The notes under the pieces are model-generated. The model ran no database searches, was not told where the DNA came from, and saw only the letters and a program-made list of their open reading frames with translations. From positions 34,844,001 through 34,908,000 of the forward strand of contig NC_045138.2 of NCBI RefSeq assembly GCF_008831285.2: a DNA stretch of 64,000 bases, written 5' to 3'. Positions 1 through 12,912 of the stretch are shown in pieces; position 1 is the first letter of the stretch, and each line of letters opens with the position of its first letter. The stretch is from Nymphaea colorata. Its lineage: Eukaryota. Both the position numbers and the translations under genes were made by a program.

Positions 1-2200
1 CTTCCAGCCTTTTATAAGGAAGAACTGTATGTGCGTGTTTGATCGATAATGCTGACCCATTCGGAGGTAAGGTGGACACGGAAGACATTGAAGCCCTAAT
101 ATTTATATGACCAAGAATTAAGCGGTCGCATGGCAACAGTAAATAGATTCAATCGACCGACCGGAAATGGGCAACTGGACAGTCATGTAAGCTTCTTTCT
201 CAAAATTCCAGCCATTTATACGAACAATCTCACTGTTCTACACCTGAAATGAAGATATTCCCTTGTGTGTTTATTTAGCATAATCTTTTTTTTTTTTTTT
301 TTGAGCAGTTTTCACGTATGACTCCTAAAACCGGACCGTGTGTTAGGGGCTCAAAATGACCAAAATGTCCTCTTGTATAAAATGAAAGACCCTCGCATAA
401 CGGTTAGAGTAGAATGGTAAAAAAAAGAAATGCCCCTGAAAGATGACTAAAGTGTCCATCTGATCAGAACACAGCTTCTTGTGTTAACGACATAACTAAA
501 ATTTTATTTGATCCATGAACTTTCACTATTACTGAGAAAGTTCAGAGGAGAAAATGTTGGTTATGTAAAAATTAGGTCCCCAATTCAGTTTTTTTTTTTT
601 TTTTTTGAAAAAAAAAGAAGAAAAAACATGGTCATTTCGAGTCCAGTTAATTGAAGTCAGGTCCAATAATGTTCAGTACATGGTGAATCTGACCCGAACC
701 GTTTACGTCGAGTAGTCATCTTCCTGACGTGTCAAGGGAATTCATCTTCGACTGCATACAGTGACTTTTCTCTAGCAGTTGTCCCGTGAACACCCAATTA
801 GCTTGAAATGTTCTCGAGACCGGGTCTAATACCTGTGACCCAATTTTCCTCTTGTTGAATTTTTGAACTTTGATACTTTTGTTTCATTCGTATTTAGGAA
901 GATTATTCATTCATAAATGGCATAAGTTTATTGGTTCATTAAACGGGCTAAGGAACATAGCTTTTAAGCACAACAATTTGGGGTTTGGTAATAGGAAAGC
1001 TGTGTTCCTTGGAACGCAGTGTTCCAAGCATGTGTTTACCTTTCAAATAAAAAAGCATTCATGTTACCAAACGCATATCTTGCACTAGGTATACTAAACC
1101 ACTAGCATTTATTATGTAACTCTTATGAGACCTATATTGAATGCATTGTTCATTTTTTCCCTTTTCGTTTCTTATTAATTTTTTCCAAGCTCTTACTTTC
1201 AGTGCAAGCTATTTGGTAGAGACCGACTCCTGGGAAGACGGTGCCACACCATCTCCTTTAGACACGCATCTCAGTTTGCAAGACGGGACAGAATGGCTTC
1301 AATGAATGTTACTATTATCATTGCACATTTGCATACAATGGTTGAAACAGTCAATCCGTGACGAAGAAGACGACCTAGAATAAAACAGTCCACGACGCAG
1401 AAGGTAAGCAATGATACTGCAACTCAAGGTACGCAATGACATATATACAAATGATCATACTGAACATAAACTCAATAAATACTGCCATTGTATATTGTCC
1501 TGTATGTGTATGGGCACTTCATATGTATACTGCCCCCTTACTGCCATGACGGGGAGGCCTAATTACCCCAAATTGGTCAGCATATATATATATATAATAG
1601 GAAGGAAATTATATAAAAAAAAATTACTTCTGAATTTTTTAATATAAATTTTGTTTAAAGTCTGTCATACAGGTTGAAAAGCATTAGCGCATATTGGTAG
1701 TATTATGTGTTTAAAAAAACATGGTTTTGGATATGTCACCAACAAAGCAATTCAACCAAATTTCCATGACTCATTGGAAACTTTATTTTCATCTAATCAA
1801 GTTTGTACACAACTGGGTAAAAACTTTGTCGCTATCGCCGTCAATCTCACGCTTTAACACACAGTGGTAGATTTATTATTATGGTATGGAAAACTGGTAT
1901 GCCTCTCCCACTGTTAGATTCTCATCGCAGCCATTTAGCGAGTCAAAACTATATGGCATATCTTAGGGAGTGTGTCGAAAGTCTTTTAGATTGTATTGTT
2001 ACTCCCATGAAAATTTAGTTCGGGCCATGCCTTCTTCTGCCAAATTCAAAACGAAAAAAGCCAAGTCATGTACAACAATAATTTTTGCTCATACAACCCT
2101 GTAGTCACAACACAAGCGTTTTTCGATTATGTTGTAAAAGAAGACACCAAATGTCGTTCCAGCTATGGATATTTAATTTTGTTGTGATTTTCTTTTTCAT

Positions 2201-2207
<7 letters not shown>

Positions 2208-2259
<52 letters not shown>
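2208..2259. repeat. Poly-T tract (52 nt); slightly shorter copy at ~17274-17322
   Basis: Read directly from the sequence. Confidence 0.95.
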
Positions 2260-2261
<2 letters not shown>

Positions 2262-2319
2262 CTCAGCCAGCCAAGCTGCCAAATACAAGAACTTCTTCAT
2301 TGGAAAGGGTGGTTAACCT

Positions 2320-2520
2320 CAGACAACCTACAGCGGTGAAAACTTCACCGGTATAGGTCTCATCCCATTCACGTGCGTAAACAGATATTTTCCTCATGCA
2401 AACATCATGGCGGTAAAAAGAACGAACGTAAGAAAACATCAGTATGACCTTTACGGACGTTTTGCTTATTTTTCAATAACGTTTTTCACTCAATAATAAA
2501 AACCTCTTTTTTTGTAGTAG
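2320..2520. mobile_element. Possible degenerate CACTA-element terminus (copy at ~17385-17583)
   Basis: Hairpin-type motif ctacagcggtgaaaacttcaccggtatag, and an end reading ttttgtagtag that resembles a CACTA right end (...tagtg). Confidence 0.3.
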
Positions 2521-3479
2521 TAGGAAAAAGAGCAAAACTCTACAGGACGGGGAAAAGGACCGTGGCGGCACTCTCTGGCACCATTAATGCTGTGATTCCT
2601 CCTCTATCTCGCTGTCTCAGGTCCTCGAGAGACAGGCATTTGCTGGCTCTTCACCATCCTTCTGTTTTTGTTATCTGGGTAAGTACTCATCCCTAACACT
2701 TGTTTGTATTGCTCAAAATATCATGTGTGATTTTCTCAGAAGAAATTAACTTTTATATATGGGTTTCTGAGTACATTTTAATGCTTTTCATTAATGAAAC
2801 TTTTGTAAATTATTTTGTTGAAATTAGGCCTTTTTGTAATTTTTCAAATAATAGGTTTCATATTTCATCCTAAAAATCAAGGGGTGATTCCGAACTCGAT
2901 CAATCACCTCTTAGCTCCCTCCCATAGTGTCCTTGCAGGTTTCTTTGTCTTGTCTGTCTACCGTAATTCTAGTTCATTGTTTCATTACTTCAAAGAAATA
3001 TTTAATTATGGAACATCTCTGTCCCTCCTCTTTTTTTTTTCTCTCTCTCTCTCTCTAGCCTCTGTGAGGAATTTAAGGATTTGAGTAGGGTAGCTTGAGT
3101 AATTTTCCCATTCCATAAAGTTCATCTCCGAGGAGTGGCATGACCCATGCACGTATAAGGTGCAAAGTGTCAAGATCTTAGAGTTCCATTAATTGCAAAA
3201 CTTGGTTTTTCTTGTTCGCCGGACCAAGTTATAAATATTTCTCTTAATTTTAGTTCTCCTGATTCAGCAATTTGATCATGTGACGGCCAATATCAATGTA
3301 ATAGACATTACCATGACCTAGAGTTGTGAGCTGATCAGGATTCAATGGCGCCAATAAGTGATAAACTCATAAGGAAATAAGGCAAGTAATTAACTGATGC
3401 TGTTTTATTTATTATCAGTTCATTCAAAAGAGTAATTTGAATAGCTGTAGGCGGCCTGCTCATGTACGTACAAGGAAGT

Positions 3480-4300
3480 AGTAGTTGGGGACGCTGGCGA
3501 GATCCTTTAGAATGAAGTGGCAAATGGGAACAGTTCCTGGTTTCACACCAGCAACCGGTAGCTGGCATGCCCAGAATTCTCGCTTGATGTATCAAAATGG
3601 CACATAGCAATGGCATTCACTCGGTTACCATTATCAGAAACCAACGGAGCCATGTATGCCCTTGCTCCTGCCAAATTGTGGTAGAACACAACATAAGGAA
3701 ACATCATATTGTGGCAAGTCATCATTTTATGGGACATCACCCTCCCCTCACTAGCACCAGCCCCTGCTCTGTAAGTCCTGGCCTTCAACTCCTCCTCTCT
3801 ATTAACAACAGAAGTGATCGCCACATGAATTTCACTAGTTCCGAACTCCACGACAACAAAATCGATCATGGATTCCAGTGACGTTACATGGTACTCGAGT
3901 TCTCCTTTAACTGCAGGTTTCTCGCAATCAACAAGTGTTTGCCTGGTAAGAGATGCAGAGTGGAATTCAGTGGAGAACATCTTAAGGATGGTAGTGAGGT
4001 TTGAGGTTGAGAAGGGAATTTCCTGGGCTTGTTTGCGTGGCAAGAAAGTACGCTCAGAGCTGACACCACCGACAATAGAAGCATCATTTGCTAAAGGGGT
4101 GATGAAGATAACCAACAATGTTTTTCTTTCTTGGAAACCCCTCAATGGATGGACATGAGTACCTGATGTCAGAGTAGGGGATGGGAAGAGAAACGAAACA
4201 ATCGTCAATCGTCGGGCATGAGAGTGCTGGGGAAGGCCTCATTCCATTTAGCTTTATAGCGAGAGTGCCGGTAATTGTGTTCGCGGCCCCGGCAAGCAGC
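3480..4300 (-). pseudogene. Decayed BURP-domain gene (RD22-like), copy 1
   Basis: ORF 3543-4208 has FLPRKQAQEIPFS, TSLESMIDF, CHNMMFPYVVFYH and AMCHFDTS. The C-terminus KPGTVPICHF is in another frame. An exon-2-like piece (WNEAFPSTLMP) lies near 4210-4295. Conserved Cys residues are lost (CATSL to HVTSL, FYCH to FYH). Confidence 0.9.
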
Positions 4301-5682
4301 TGACAGAGAAAAGAAACAATCGTCATCCACCATATACTCTGGTAATTCAAGTTGGATTAGACCTGAGAATCTTTTATGCCGGAAAGAACTGGTTGATGGC
4401 ATGGCGTGTGCAGAGCTGCTGTGGGAAGACGGAAGCGAGCGGCCTGCTTCCGGCAGGTGGGATGGCGCCCACTGGCAGTTTGGCTGTCCCTGGAGAGTGG
4501 GTCTCACTAGTACTCATACGTTTCGAGCAAAGGGAATTGATGGACCTGTGCACTTGCCAGGAAGAAAGTGAGAAGAACGAAACCAAGTCCGCCATTCAAG
4601 GCTCCAACTCAAGCTTGGCCAAATACGGAGAAGGAGGCCGCAAGTGCTTGCCCCTTTTTACATAGCGATATATAGCGATACACAAAAGAATGTAGGACAT
4701 GATGCTGGTTATGTTCACATCTCTTTGTCTCGCTCACTTTGATGCCTTCAAGCTGGTCGGTCGGGCCACCGGTGATCTCCCCATATAAGAGAAGACATAT
4801 TTTTTATATATTCATTTTAATGATTTCACCAAGTATTTAAATCTTGAGTAGTTATGTATATCATTTAGGAAAAAATGTAAAAAATAAAAAAAAAGGAAAG
4901 AGAGAGAAGGCTAGAGTAATGTAAGTATTGCAATCCAACCATGGATATGATACGGTACACCCATAATCCGGTTCAAGAAAACAGTACTCAGAAAAATCAA
5001 ACCATACATAACGCACTTTCTGCATGCCGCTTGCCTGCCTAAGCAATTATACTTTCAACTACACTTCTTTATAATTTCCCTCACTTTTTCCACCTTTCAC
5101 TTTCCCATCCTTTTTTTCTCTTCCACCCACAACATTCCATTCCACCTCGTCCTTTTTTTTTTTTGACTTTTTCAGCAACTACCCTTTTCATCCTAAGATT
5201 GGATGTTTATTAGAACTATATATCTCTTGGGTTTCATGGATACTAAAACCTTACACCAAATTCTGATATAATTATTAAGTGGGCTCAAATTTTCTGAGGT
5301 CCGAATAATGGGGGTCCCGAGAATCTACTACTACTGTCACACAAACATGAGCATTTTTTCTTCAAGTTACAAGTGTTTGCATCATTAAAAAAAAAAAAAA
5401 AAGTCACCCTTGCCGATACGTGACTTGCTTGGTTAAGCGTCCCATTTTGGAGGTGTAAAGTTCTTGGAGAAGTAATTGCTGTTTTTACAACTTTCTTCAA
5501 GTTTTAATGCCGAGATGCATATGCAACTGCTTCTTGTTTCTCATTTCCCTTTTTCTCCTCGTGAAACCTTACACAAGCTTATGCACCGCCAACCAGCAGC
5601 TTTATTCAAATGGCACCTTATGATTTTGTACATCGAAGCATTACTTGCGCTTCCACACCATTATCATGATGCGTCATATTTT

Positions 5683-8600
5683 TCACAGATTGTCTTCAAA
5701 GAGATTGAAGAAGAAAAGACTCGTGTTCTGGGTACTGGAAAGATGCCGAGAAACAGAACGCATTGTAGGCCGTGTTTCTGGATTCACATATGTGCACATG
5801 ATTGCAAGTTTGGCTACAAAAAGCACTTTCTCTGCTTCTTGGCCCACAGGAGCTGATATACGTTGGTCCAACATATCCCAGAGCTTTACATCCATCTCTT
5901 GCTTTGTGAGAAAAGCAAAAGATGATAGTTGCTCCCCAGGATGCCTTCCCATTAGAACTTCAAGAGCTAGGACTCCAAAGCTATAGACATCACACTTCTT
6001 TGTCACTCTCATGGTGTATGCCAACTCTGCAGTAAAGAAGCTAGTATTTTTAAAACATTAACATAGTTTAGTGGATGGATCTACCAGTTATAAGGCCAGT
6101 AGAACTTATAATAGTCTTAAAAAGGACAATGCAAAATCTTTTGACAAAAAATTTAGCGCATACCTGGAGCCATGTAGCCGTGCGTTCCTACGCACCAAGT
6201 CCAATTGGATGAATTTGGGTTTAGTAATCTTGCTGTTCCAAAATCAGAAACACATGCATCAAAATCAGGATATAACAAAATGTTCTTGCTGGAGATGTCG
6301 CGGTGGATTATTGGAATTGAATGATCATGGTGCATATATGACAAAGCATCAGCAACACCAGTTATGATATTCACCCTCTTTGCCCAATCTAATCCTTTAG
6401 CCTCTTCATTGCTGCTTAATATGTTTGCCAGGCTTCCCCTTTCTAAATATTCATACACTAAGAATGACCAATGAGGATGCTTACAGAATCCATAGAGCTT
6501 GACTATGTTTCTATGGCGAACTTTTGTCAATGCTTTAATCTCATTTCTGAAGCCAAAGTCTGTCAACGTATCATTACCCTGTTGATTGAACTTCTTGACT
6601 GCCACTATTTGACCTGTGGGGAGTTCAACTTTGTAGACGCTACCATGACTTCCTGTACCAACAACATAGTCATCACTGAAATTCTTTGTAGCATTGACAA
6701 TATCCTCATAAGCAAGTTTACCGTCATAGTTCCATATGGAGAAAAAATCATTTCCTTGGCTTGTTTCAACAATGATTCTGCTCTTGTTTCGCCTTCTCAA
6801 TTTTGTTTTTTGACAGATCTTGCAAGTTCCAGTAACCAGGAACAGAAGAATGAGGACTGCAGCAACTGGAGTAACAATCGCCTCCAATGTTTGACTTTTC
6901 TTTTGGTGTATAACATCTTTTGGAGGCTTGCATGGACGCAAGTTAACTCCTCCACATAAGCCAAGATTGCCTATAAATGACTCTACCGAAGCATTCAGGA
7001 AGGCAGAGTTGTTTGGGAGAGGACCTATGAGACTGTTAAAGGACAAATCAACTGAAGTCAAACTAACCATTCCTGCCAAAGATGATGGGATTGTACCTAT
7101 GAGCTTGTTATGGGAAAGATTGAGCTTCTCCAGATGATTTAACTTCCCAAGTTGGTCTGGTATTGTCCCTGTTAGCATGTTACGGCTAAGATCTAGCAGC
7201 ATAGATAGTCCTGCCAAGTTCCCCAACTGAGAAGGAATTTTTCCGTTCAAGGTATTTTTACTCAGCTTCAATCGAATCAACGTAGTAGAATTCCCAAGCT
7301 CTTCAGGTATTGGTCCGCTAAGGTTGTTTGATGACAAATCCAAATACTGCAAATTTTTTAACATTCCAATCTCTGATGGTATGCCACCAGAAATATGATT
7401 GTTACTCATATCTATATATTGCAAGAACGAAAGTTCCCCTATTCCTCTTGGAATCTCTCCTGTTATGTAATTGGTAGAAATATTTATTAGCCCCAATCGT
7501 GCCAGTTGAGAAATTGAACCTGGAATCTTGCCGATGATGTGGTTATTAGAGAAATCCAACCGTTGAAGACTGTGACATCCACTCCAGCTCGGCGAGAGCT
7601 CTCCTGTTAGTTGATTGTTGCTTATGTCAATGCGCAACAGGTTCGGATATGATCCAAATGCCTCTGAAATGTTACCACTAAGTTGGTTCCCACTTAAAGT
7701 GAGTTTGTATAAGCTTGTACAATTCCTCAAGCTTTCTGGTATTGATCCAGTGAAATGGTTGTTGGAAGCAGATAAGACGAAGGGCATGCCACCCTTACAT
7801 ATTATTGATGGTAAAGAACCGAAGAGATTATTCGCTGAAAGGAACAACTGGCCTAGACTTGTCAGATTACTCATTTGTGGAGGTAGAGTGCCGAAGAGGC
7901 TATTATTGCTCAGGTTCAGGAAGTAAAGATCAGACAGGTTACCTATTGAAGGAGGGACCAAACCTGGAAGAAAGTTAGACGCTAAATCCAATTCAATGAG
8001 CGCACTGAGCTTCCATAACTCTTGTGGAATGGTCCCAGTCAGCAAATTTACTCCAAGGAACAAATGCTGCAGACTGGACAGGTTTCCAATCTGCACTGGA
8101 ATGGAACCTGTAAGTGAGTTGGTATCAAGGTCCAAGAAGTCGAGATTTGTGAGCTCTCCTATCGTCTGTGGAATAGTTCCAGTAAGATGGTTGTCATTGA
8201 TGATTAGATTCACTAGACTAGATAATTGTCCAATAGAAGTAGGGAGAGGTCCTGCGAGGGAGTTGAATGACAATTTTATAGAAACAAGGTTCTTAAGCTT
8301 TCCTATTTCAGGTGGTATGGATCCAAGAAAGGAGTTGTCGGTTAGGTCCAAATCGGTGAGTTTCATGAGATTTCCAATCTCAGAAGGGATCTCACCAGAC
8401 AACTTATTTTGAAGGATGATCATGTGAGACAAGCCAGACAAATTCCCTAGCGCCTTAGGCATTGAACCTGTGAGTTGGTTTGAGTAAAGGCTTAACTCGA
8501 CCAGGCTGCTAAGTTTCCCCATTTCTGAAGGGACACGTCCGAATAGATTATTCACTGAGAGGTTTAAACTTGTAAGGCTAGACATGTTGCCTATGGAAGA

Positions 8601-9239
8601 TGGGATTGGTCCTTGGAAAAGATTATGAGCTAGATCCAAGCGTGTCAGCTTCTCCAACTGGCCTATTTCTAGAGGGATGTTGCCGGTTAGTTTGTTGCCA
8701 AAAAGCACAAGACGAGTAAGGTTCCTCCAATTGGTGAAAAAGCTCGGTATTAGCTCTCCATCAATAAAGTTGTCTGATATCCAGAACTCAGAAATTTGAG
8801 TAACATTGGCCATAGTAACGGGTAAGCTGCCAGAAAACTGGTTCACCGATAAATCTAGGAAGGTAAGTTTGGAGAGGTTGCCTATACCATCAGGAATGCT
8901 TCCATTGAGATTGTTACCTCTGAGATCGAAATGTGCAAGATTAGGGAAGGCAGCGAAGTCGAAATAGTTGAGTGTACCTCGAAGACCTTTATTTTGAAGA
9001 CTTATCTTGACGACACTCGTTTTATCGCTGCTGCACTGTATCCCGTCCCACTGGCAGGGAGCGCCATATCTGGATTTGAGGAATGACCAAGAGGAATTCA
9101 GCACGTGGGCGTCTTGGAGACTGTCTCTCCACTTGAGAAGTGCTTTTGCTTCTGCCTGCAATGACTGAGCACGTGCGTCTCCTAATGAACAAAGACTCCA
9201 AAGAAGGAAGAAAAGCAGGAGCAGCCGGTCGCTTCTCAT
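5683..9239 (-). CDS. LRR receptor-like kinase, MIK2/At4g08850-like; exons 9239-6164 and 6026-5683; ~1139 aa
   Basis: Signal peptide, LRRNT (PCQWDGIQC), about two dozen plant LRRs, GNLGLCG cap, TM helix, [29 protein letters not shown] and [14 protein letters not shown] intron at 6163-6027 joins [23 protein letters not shown]. Confidence 0.95.
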
Positions 9240-10479
9240 GGTGCTATTGTTTCTGTTGCAACTGAGAAATTAGGCGTTCGTGTGGATTCACTAGTGGTGC
9301 ATGTTAATGGCATATAAAGATGTTGGGAAGTCCACAGTCCGCGACGAAGATACCTAGAAAACAACTTTGTCCATTCCTTTACATTCCACATATTCTAGGT
9401 CTGAAGTTCCTGGAAACTTCATTTCCATTCTATATTTCCATGTAGCTGCCTAAAATTTTGTACTCCGATCGCTACGTTAAGTTAGTGGGCAGCCATTTTT
9501 CCAGCAGCGGTCCCACGTATGTTTTGCAACTTTGTCAAGGGAGAAAAGGAAATGTGTTTGCATCATCAACGGTAAAACAAGAAGCCGACTAGCGAGAGTT
9601 GTTTTCTTTGATGAGTTTGAATGTGAAGTTTCTGGATTATCAGAAACTTCAAGTTATAAGAAGGTCAGGGGTTCAAAGCCCGACCTGTATGTTCCTAAAC
9701 TTGCCGGGTCTGCCTAACCATGCGTATTGTTTGGCCTATAGAAGAGCACATTTTTATGTTAAAATTTTCAAATCAAATAAAGAATATAAAATGGGCACGT
9801 ATGTGAAGATAAAAGTAAATGAGAAATTAAAGGGAAGTGATGGAAGGAACAATTATTGGCCCTTGTAGATATTGCAGTCACAAACTACTCTTGCGCATAT
9901 TAATTTGTGCCTTTGTAGTTTCTTTTACTTGGCAAAAAAGTAGTCAAGTCAACCATGTACGTGGAAAGTATAATAAAGGGAAAAAGACGATAACCAGCCG
10001 AATTTCCTCTTGGGCGCATGGGACCGTGGCATTCATCAGCAGAGGAGGCCCAGCCACTTCACAGACAACGTGAAGACCCCGCTAAATAATGCGATTCCGG
10101 GCGGTCAACCACCAGAAAATTCCTCGTGTTCAGTTTCTTCTGATCCAGAGAAATTTGATCGGTTTAAGACTAGTAGATTCTACAGCTAACAGAACATCCA
10201 TGGTTGGATGTAGAAGGAAATGAAATCCCACCACGAAGCCAGAAGCCAACCATTTTTGCTGTGTAAGCCGGGTGAGTAGTGGCCCACTATAAGAAATGTA
10301 AAGAAAAGTCCAAAAGCTAAACAGATTCCAATTCTTTCCTGTCTCTTTCCCTCTCTTTTTCCTTGCTATCCTGGACCTCTGTGATTTTATCTCCTACAGA
10401 ATTCCGACGTAGTAATATATATGCTTATATCAGCCGATATATGTTCCACAGGGTCTCTTAGTCTCTTCCTCCCCTGTCA

Positions 10480-10851
10480 TTCACCTCCTCTCCTCTGTTA
10501 ACAAATGAAGTGGAATCTCACTGGTTTTGTATTGCGCGATACAACGGAACCGATCAATGGATTCCAATGACGTTGCACAGCGCTTTAGTTTTTCTTTCAC
10601 TGCTAACTGTCGAGCATGAAGCTTGATTAAACGTGTAGAATTAAATATCTAAACAATCTGATAAACTGCAGCTTGCAGCCCCAATTATAATCTGCCAAAG
10701 CAAAAGTTTACCACAGTGACAAGGAAAATTGAACTCGTATCCTTTATGAAAATACAAAACAACAAATTGATCAGTGAAAGGAAATAAACATCAAGCGAAT
10801 GTAGCTTACTGCAAGAAAAGCTGAGATGATGGAGGAGAAGGAAACTGCCAT
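10480..10851 (-). pseudogene. Internally deleted BURP paralog, copy 1
   Basis: Exon 1 at 10851-10810 (MAVSFSSIISAFLA, then GT) and an exon-2 start at 10691 (IIIGAASCSL...) match the BURP gene at 15008. A CATSLES-encoding fragment sits near 10560-10585. Confidence 0.85.
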
Positions 10852-10919
10852 ACTGTTCATCGGCCTACCCAGTACTTTAGTTACGCAGTTCGGTGAAGGG
10901 AGCGGTAGTGCTTCCTGCT

Positions 10920-10926
10920 TTTTATA
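10920..10926 (-). promoter_or_regulatory. TATA box of the BURP remnant
   Basis: TATAAAA on the minus strand ~70 nt upstream of the ATG, in a promoter homologous to 15010-15200. Confidence 0.6.
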
Positions 10927-12512
10927 AAGAAGAACTGTGTGTGCGTGTTTGATCGATACCATTGACCGATTCGGAGGCAACTCGGGCACGGAACACGTTG
11001 AAGCCCTGGTATTTATACGACCAAGAACCGGTCGCATAACAACAGTACATAATAGATTTCAAGGCAAATCATGGACTCAGATTCAATCGACCGACTGGAA
11101 ACGAGAATGTGGACAATCATGGACCGAACCGTTTACATTGGATCCCGACGTGACGTGTGAAGGGGATTAGGAAGAAGGAGAGACGGAAATACAGAAACTG
11201 CATGAGCCCTTGGCTTCTGGCAGGGTGTGACTTGTGGGCGAGACGGAGAAATGGGGCCTCTGTTCTTCATCTTCAAGTGTATACTGTAATTTCCCGGATG
11301 AAGCATGAAGACCCAAGTTGTGCGAAAAGGTCCTGCTCTAGATTAGTACGTCATCCTTTTCTAAGATTATTAGTAGTTGCAAACCAATCTTTCCCCTCAT
11401 TTTTTACCCCTTCGTTTCGTTGTTCAATATTCTTATTTATAGGCTATAGTTCATTGATCTCAAAGAGAGAGAGGGGGGGGAGAGAGAGATATGAATAACT
11501 AACCACTGAATTTATCACAAAATTATAAATAACTACCTAACATTTCAAAAAGACTATAAATAACTGCCAACTTCGTAAAATAGTTCACAAAAACTTCACA
11601 ACGCAAATTGTCTCGTGTAACAGGCAGGTCATGTTTGCTTAGAAAACGAGGGCAGTTTTGCAAATTATCTTCAAGGATAACAAGCAAACAAGATTTTTCT
11701 ACCAGCAGTCCAATTATAATCCAATTAGTGAAAGGTAGCAAGCATTAGCCTTCTATTATTTTTAAATATTTAAATTTATGTTAATTTTAATATTTTTGAC
11801 AAATTCACAATTATACATTTTAACTTTAAACTTTTAGATCAATTTTTCGACGGATGGTAGTGGGGGTAAAGTGGCCATGGCCCCTTGTATCTCCACCGGG
11901 AGTGGATGAGTCATGTATCCACTCTACAAGACTTTAACGGTACCCTGCGTTGGTGTACCAAATTTAGTGCCCCAGTACAATTAAATATGAAAATGCTTTC
12001 ATTTAAATAAGGAAAATAAACTTCCTAAAAATAAAAGAGGTAATAAAAAAATTAAAAGACTAAAAAAAAAACATTTCTTTCAACAATTTTAAAATTATCT
12101 TTGTTATCGTTTGGTATGTGTATGTATGTTGTGTGCACCGAGGGGCGCAGGCAACTCTGCCTCGTTTCCGTCTTATGTAATTCAAGCATTTCCATTTTAA
12201 TAGTTTCCATCAGCATGATAAAGTACGAAGGCGACTTGGGTGTTGTAGTGGCTGTGCTGCAGAATCCCACAACCACCTGACAACATCATCAAGTCCAAAT
12301 ATCATCACAAACAACAATAAGAAGGCGTCGATTTGTTAAATGCTGGATCGATCCCTATGTTGCTTTCTGTAAATGGTTCTTAAATTTTAAAGGAAATCAA
12401 TATCGATGTTGTTTGAGAGATGGGACTAACACCCACATTTTACAATTGTTGTCTGGTATCTCATAGCTAAAATTCGACAAGAGATTTAAACTCACTTTCG
12501 TGCAACTCAATC

Positions 12513-12516
<4 letters not shown>

Positions 12517-12584
<68 letters not shown>
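12517..12584. repeat. (AT)n microsatellite
   Basis: Read directly from the sequence. The copy at ~27618-27639 is much shorter. Confidence 0.95.
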
Positions 12585-12588
<4 letters not shown>

Positions 12589-12912
12589 TTATAGACCCTA
12601 AAAGTGGACAAAATAAGAGACTTTTGCCTAAGCTTGATTCTTGACATAAACAAACACCACTGTGGAGTTCATTATATTTATAAACAGCATAGTAGCACAC
12701 GTGTTAAGGAACAAATTGAAAAGAGATAACTTTACAGATGACTGTTCAAAAAATTTGACATTTGATAACTATAATCAACTGCTTAGCTTAATGAAATAAA
12801 CACCTGATGAGTAAAAAACATTAGTACATATAGTTAAAATGACAATTTTACCATTCAATAAATATAATTGGAGACGACGGTCCAGCCCATATACGTACTA
12901 GTAGCATGCAGA

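Noticed and set aside
980..1075. Tourist-like inverted repeat gtttggtaa...ttaccaaac
   Set aside because: Only 9 bp of match and no TSD; too weak to call.
1203..1402. Exon-like segment bounded by tttcag and gtaagc
   Set aside because: Stops in all frames tried and no recognisable protein.
2208..2320. Poly-T as the tail of a retroposed SINE/LINE or processed gene
   Set aside because: No target-site duplication, A/B boxes or recognisable body found.
6071..8412. Plus-strand ORFs of 98-162 aa (and their copies at 21132-23469)
   Set aside because: Antisense shadows of the LRR-RLK coding sequence.
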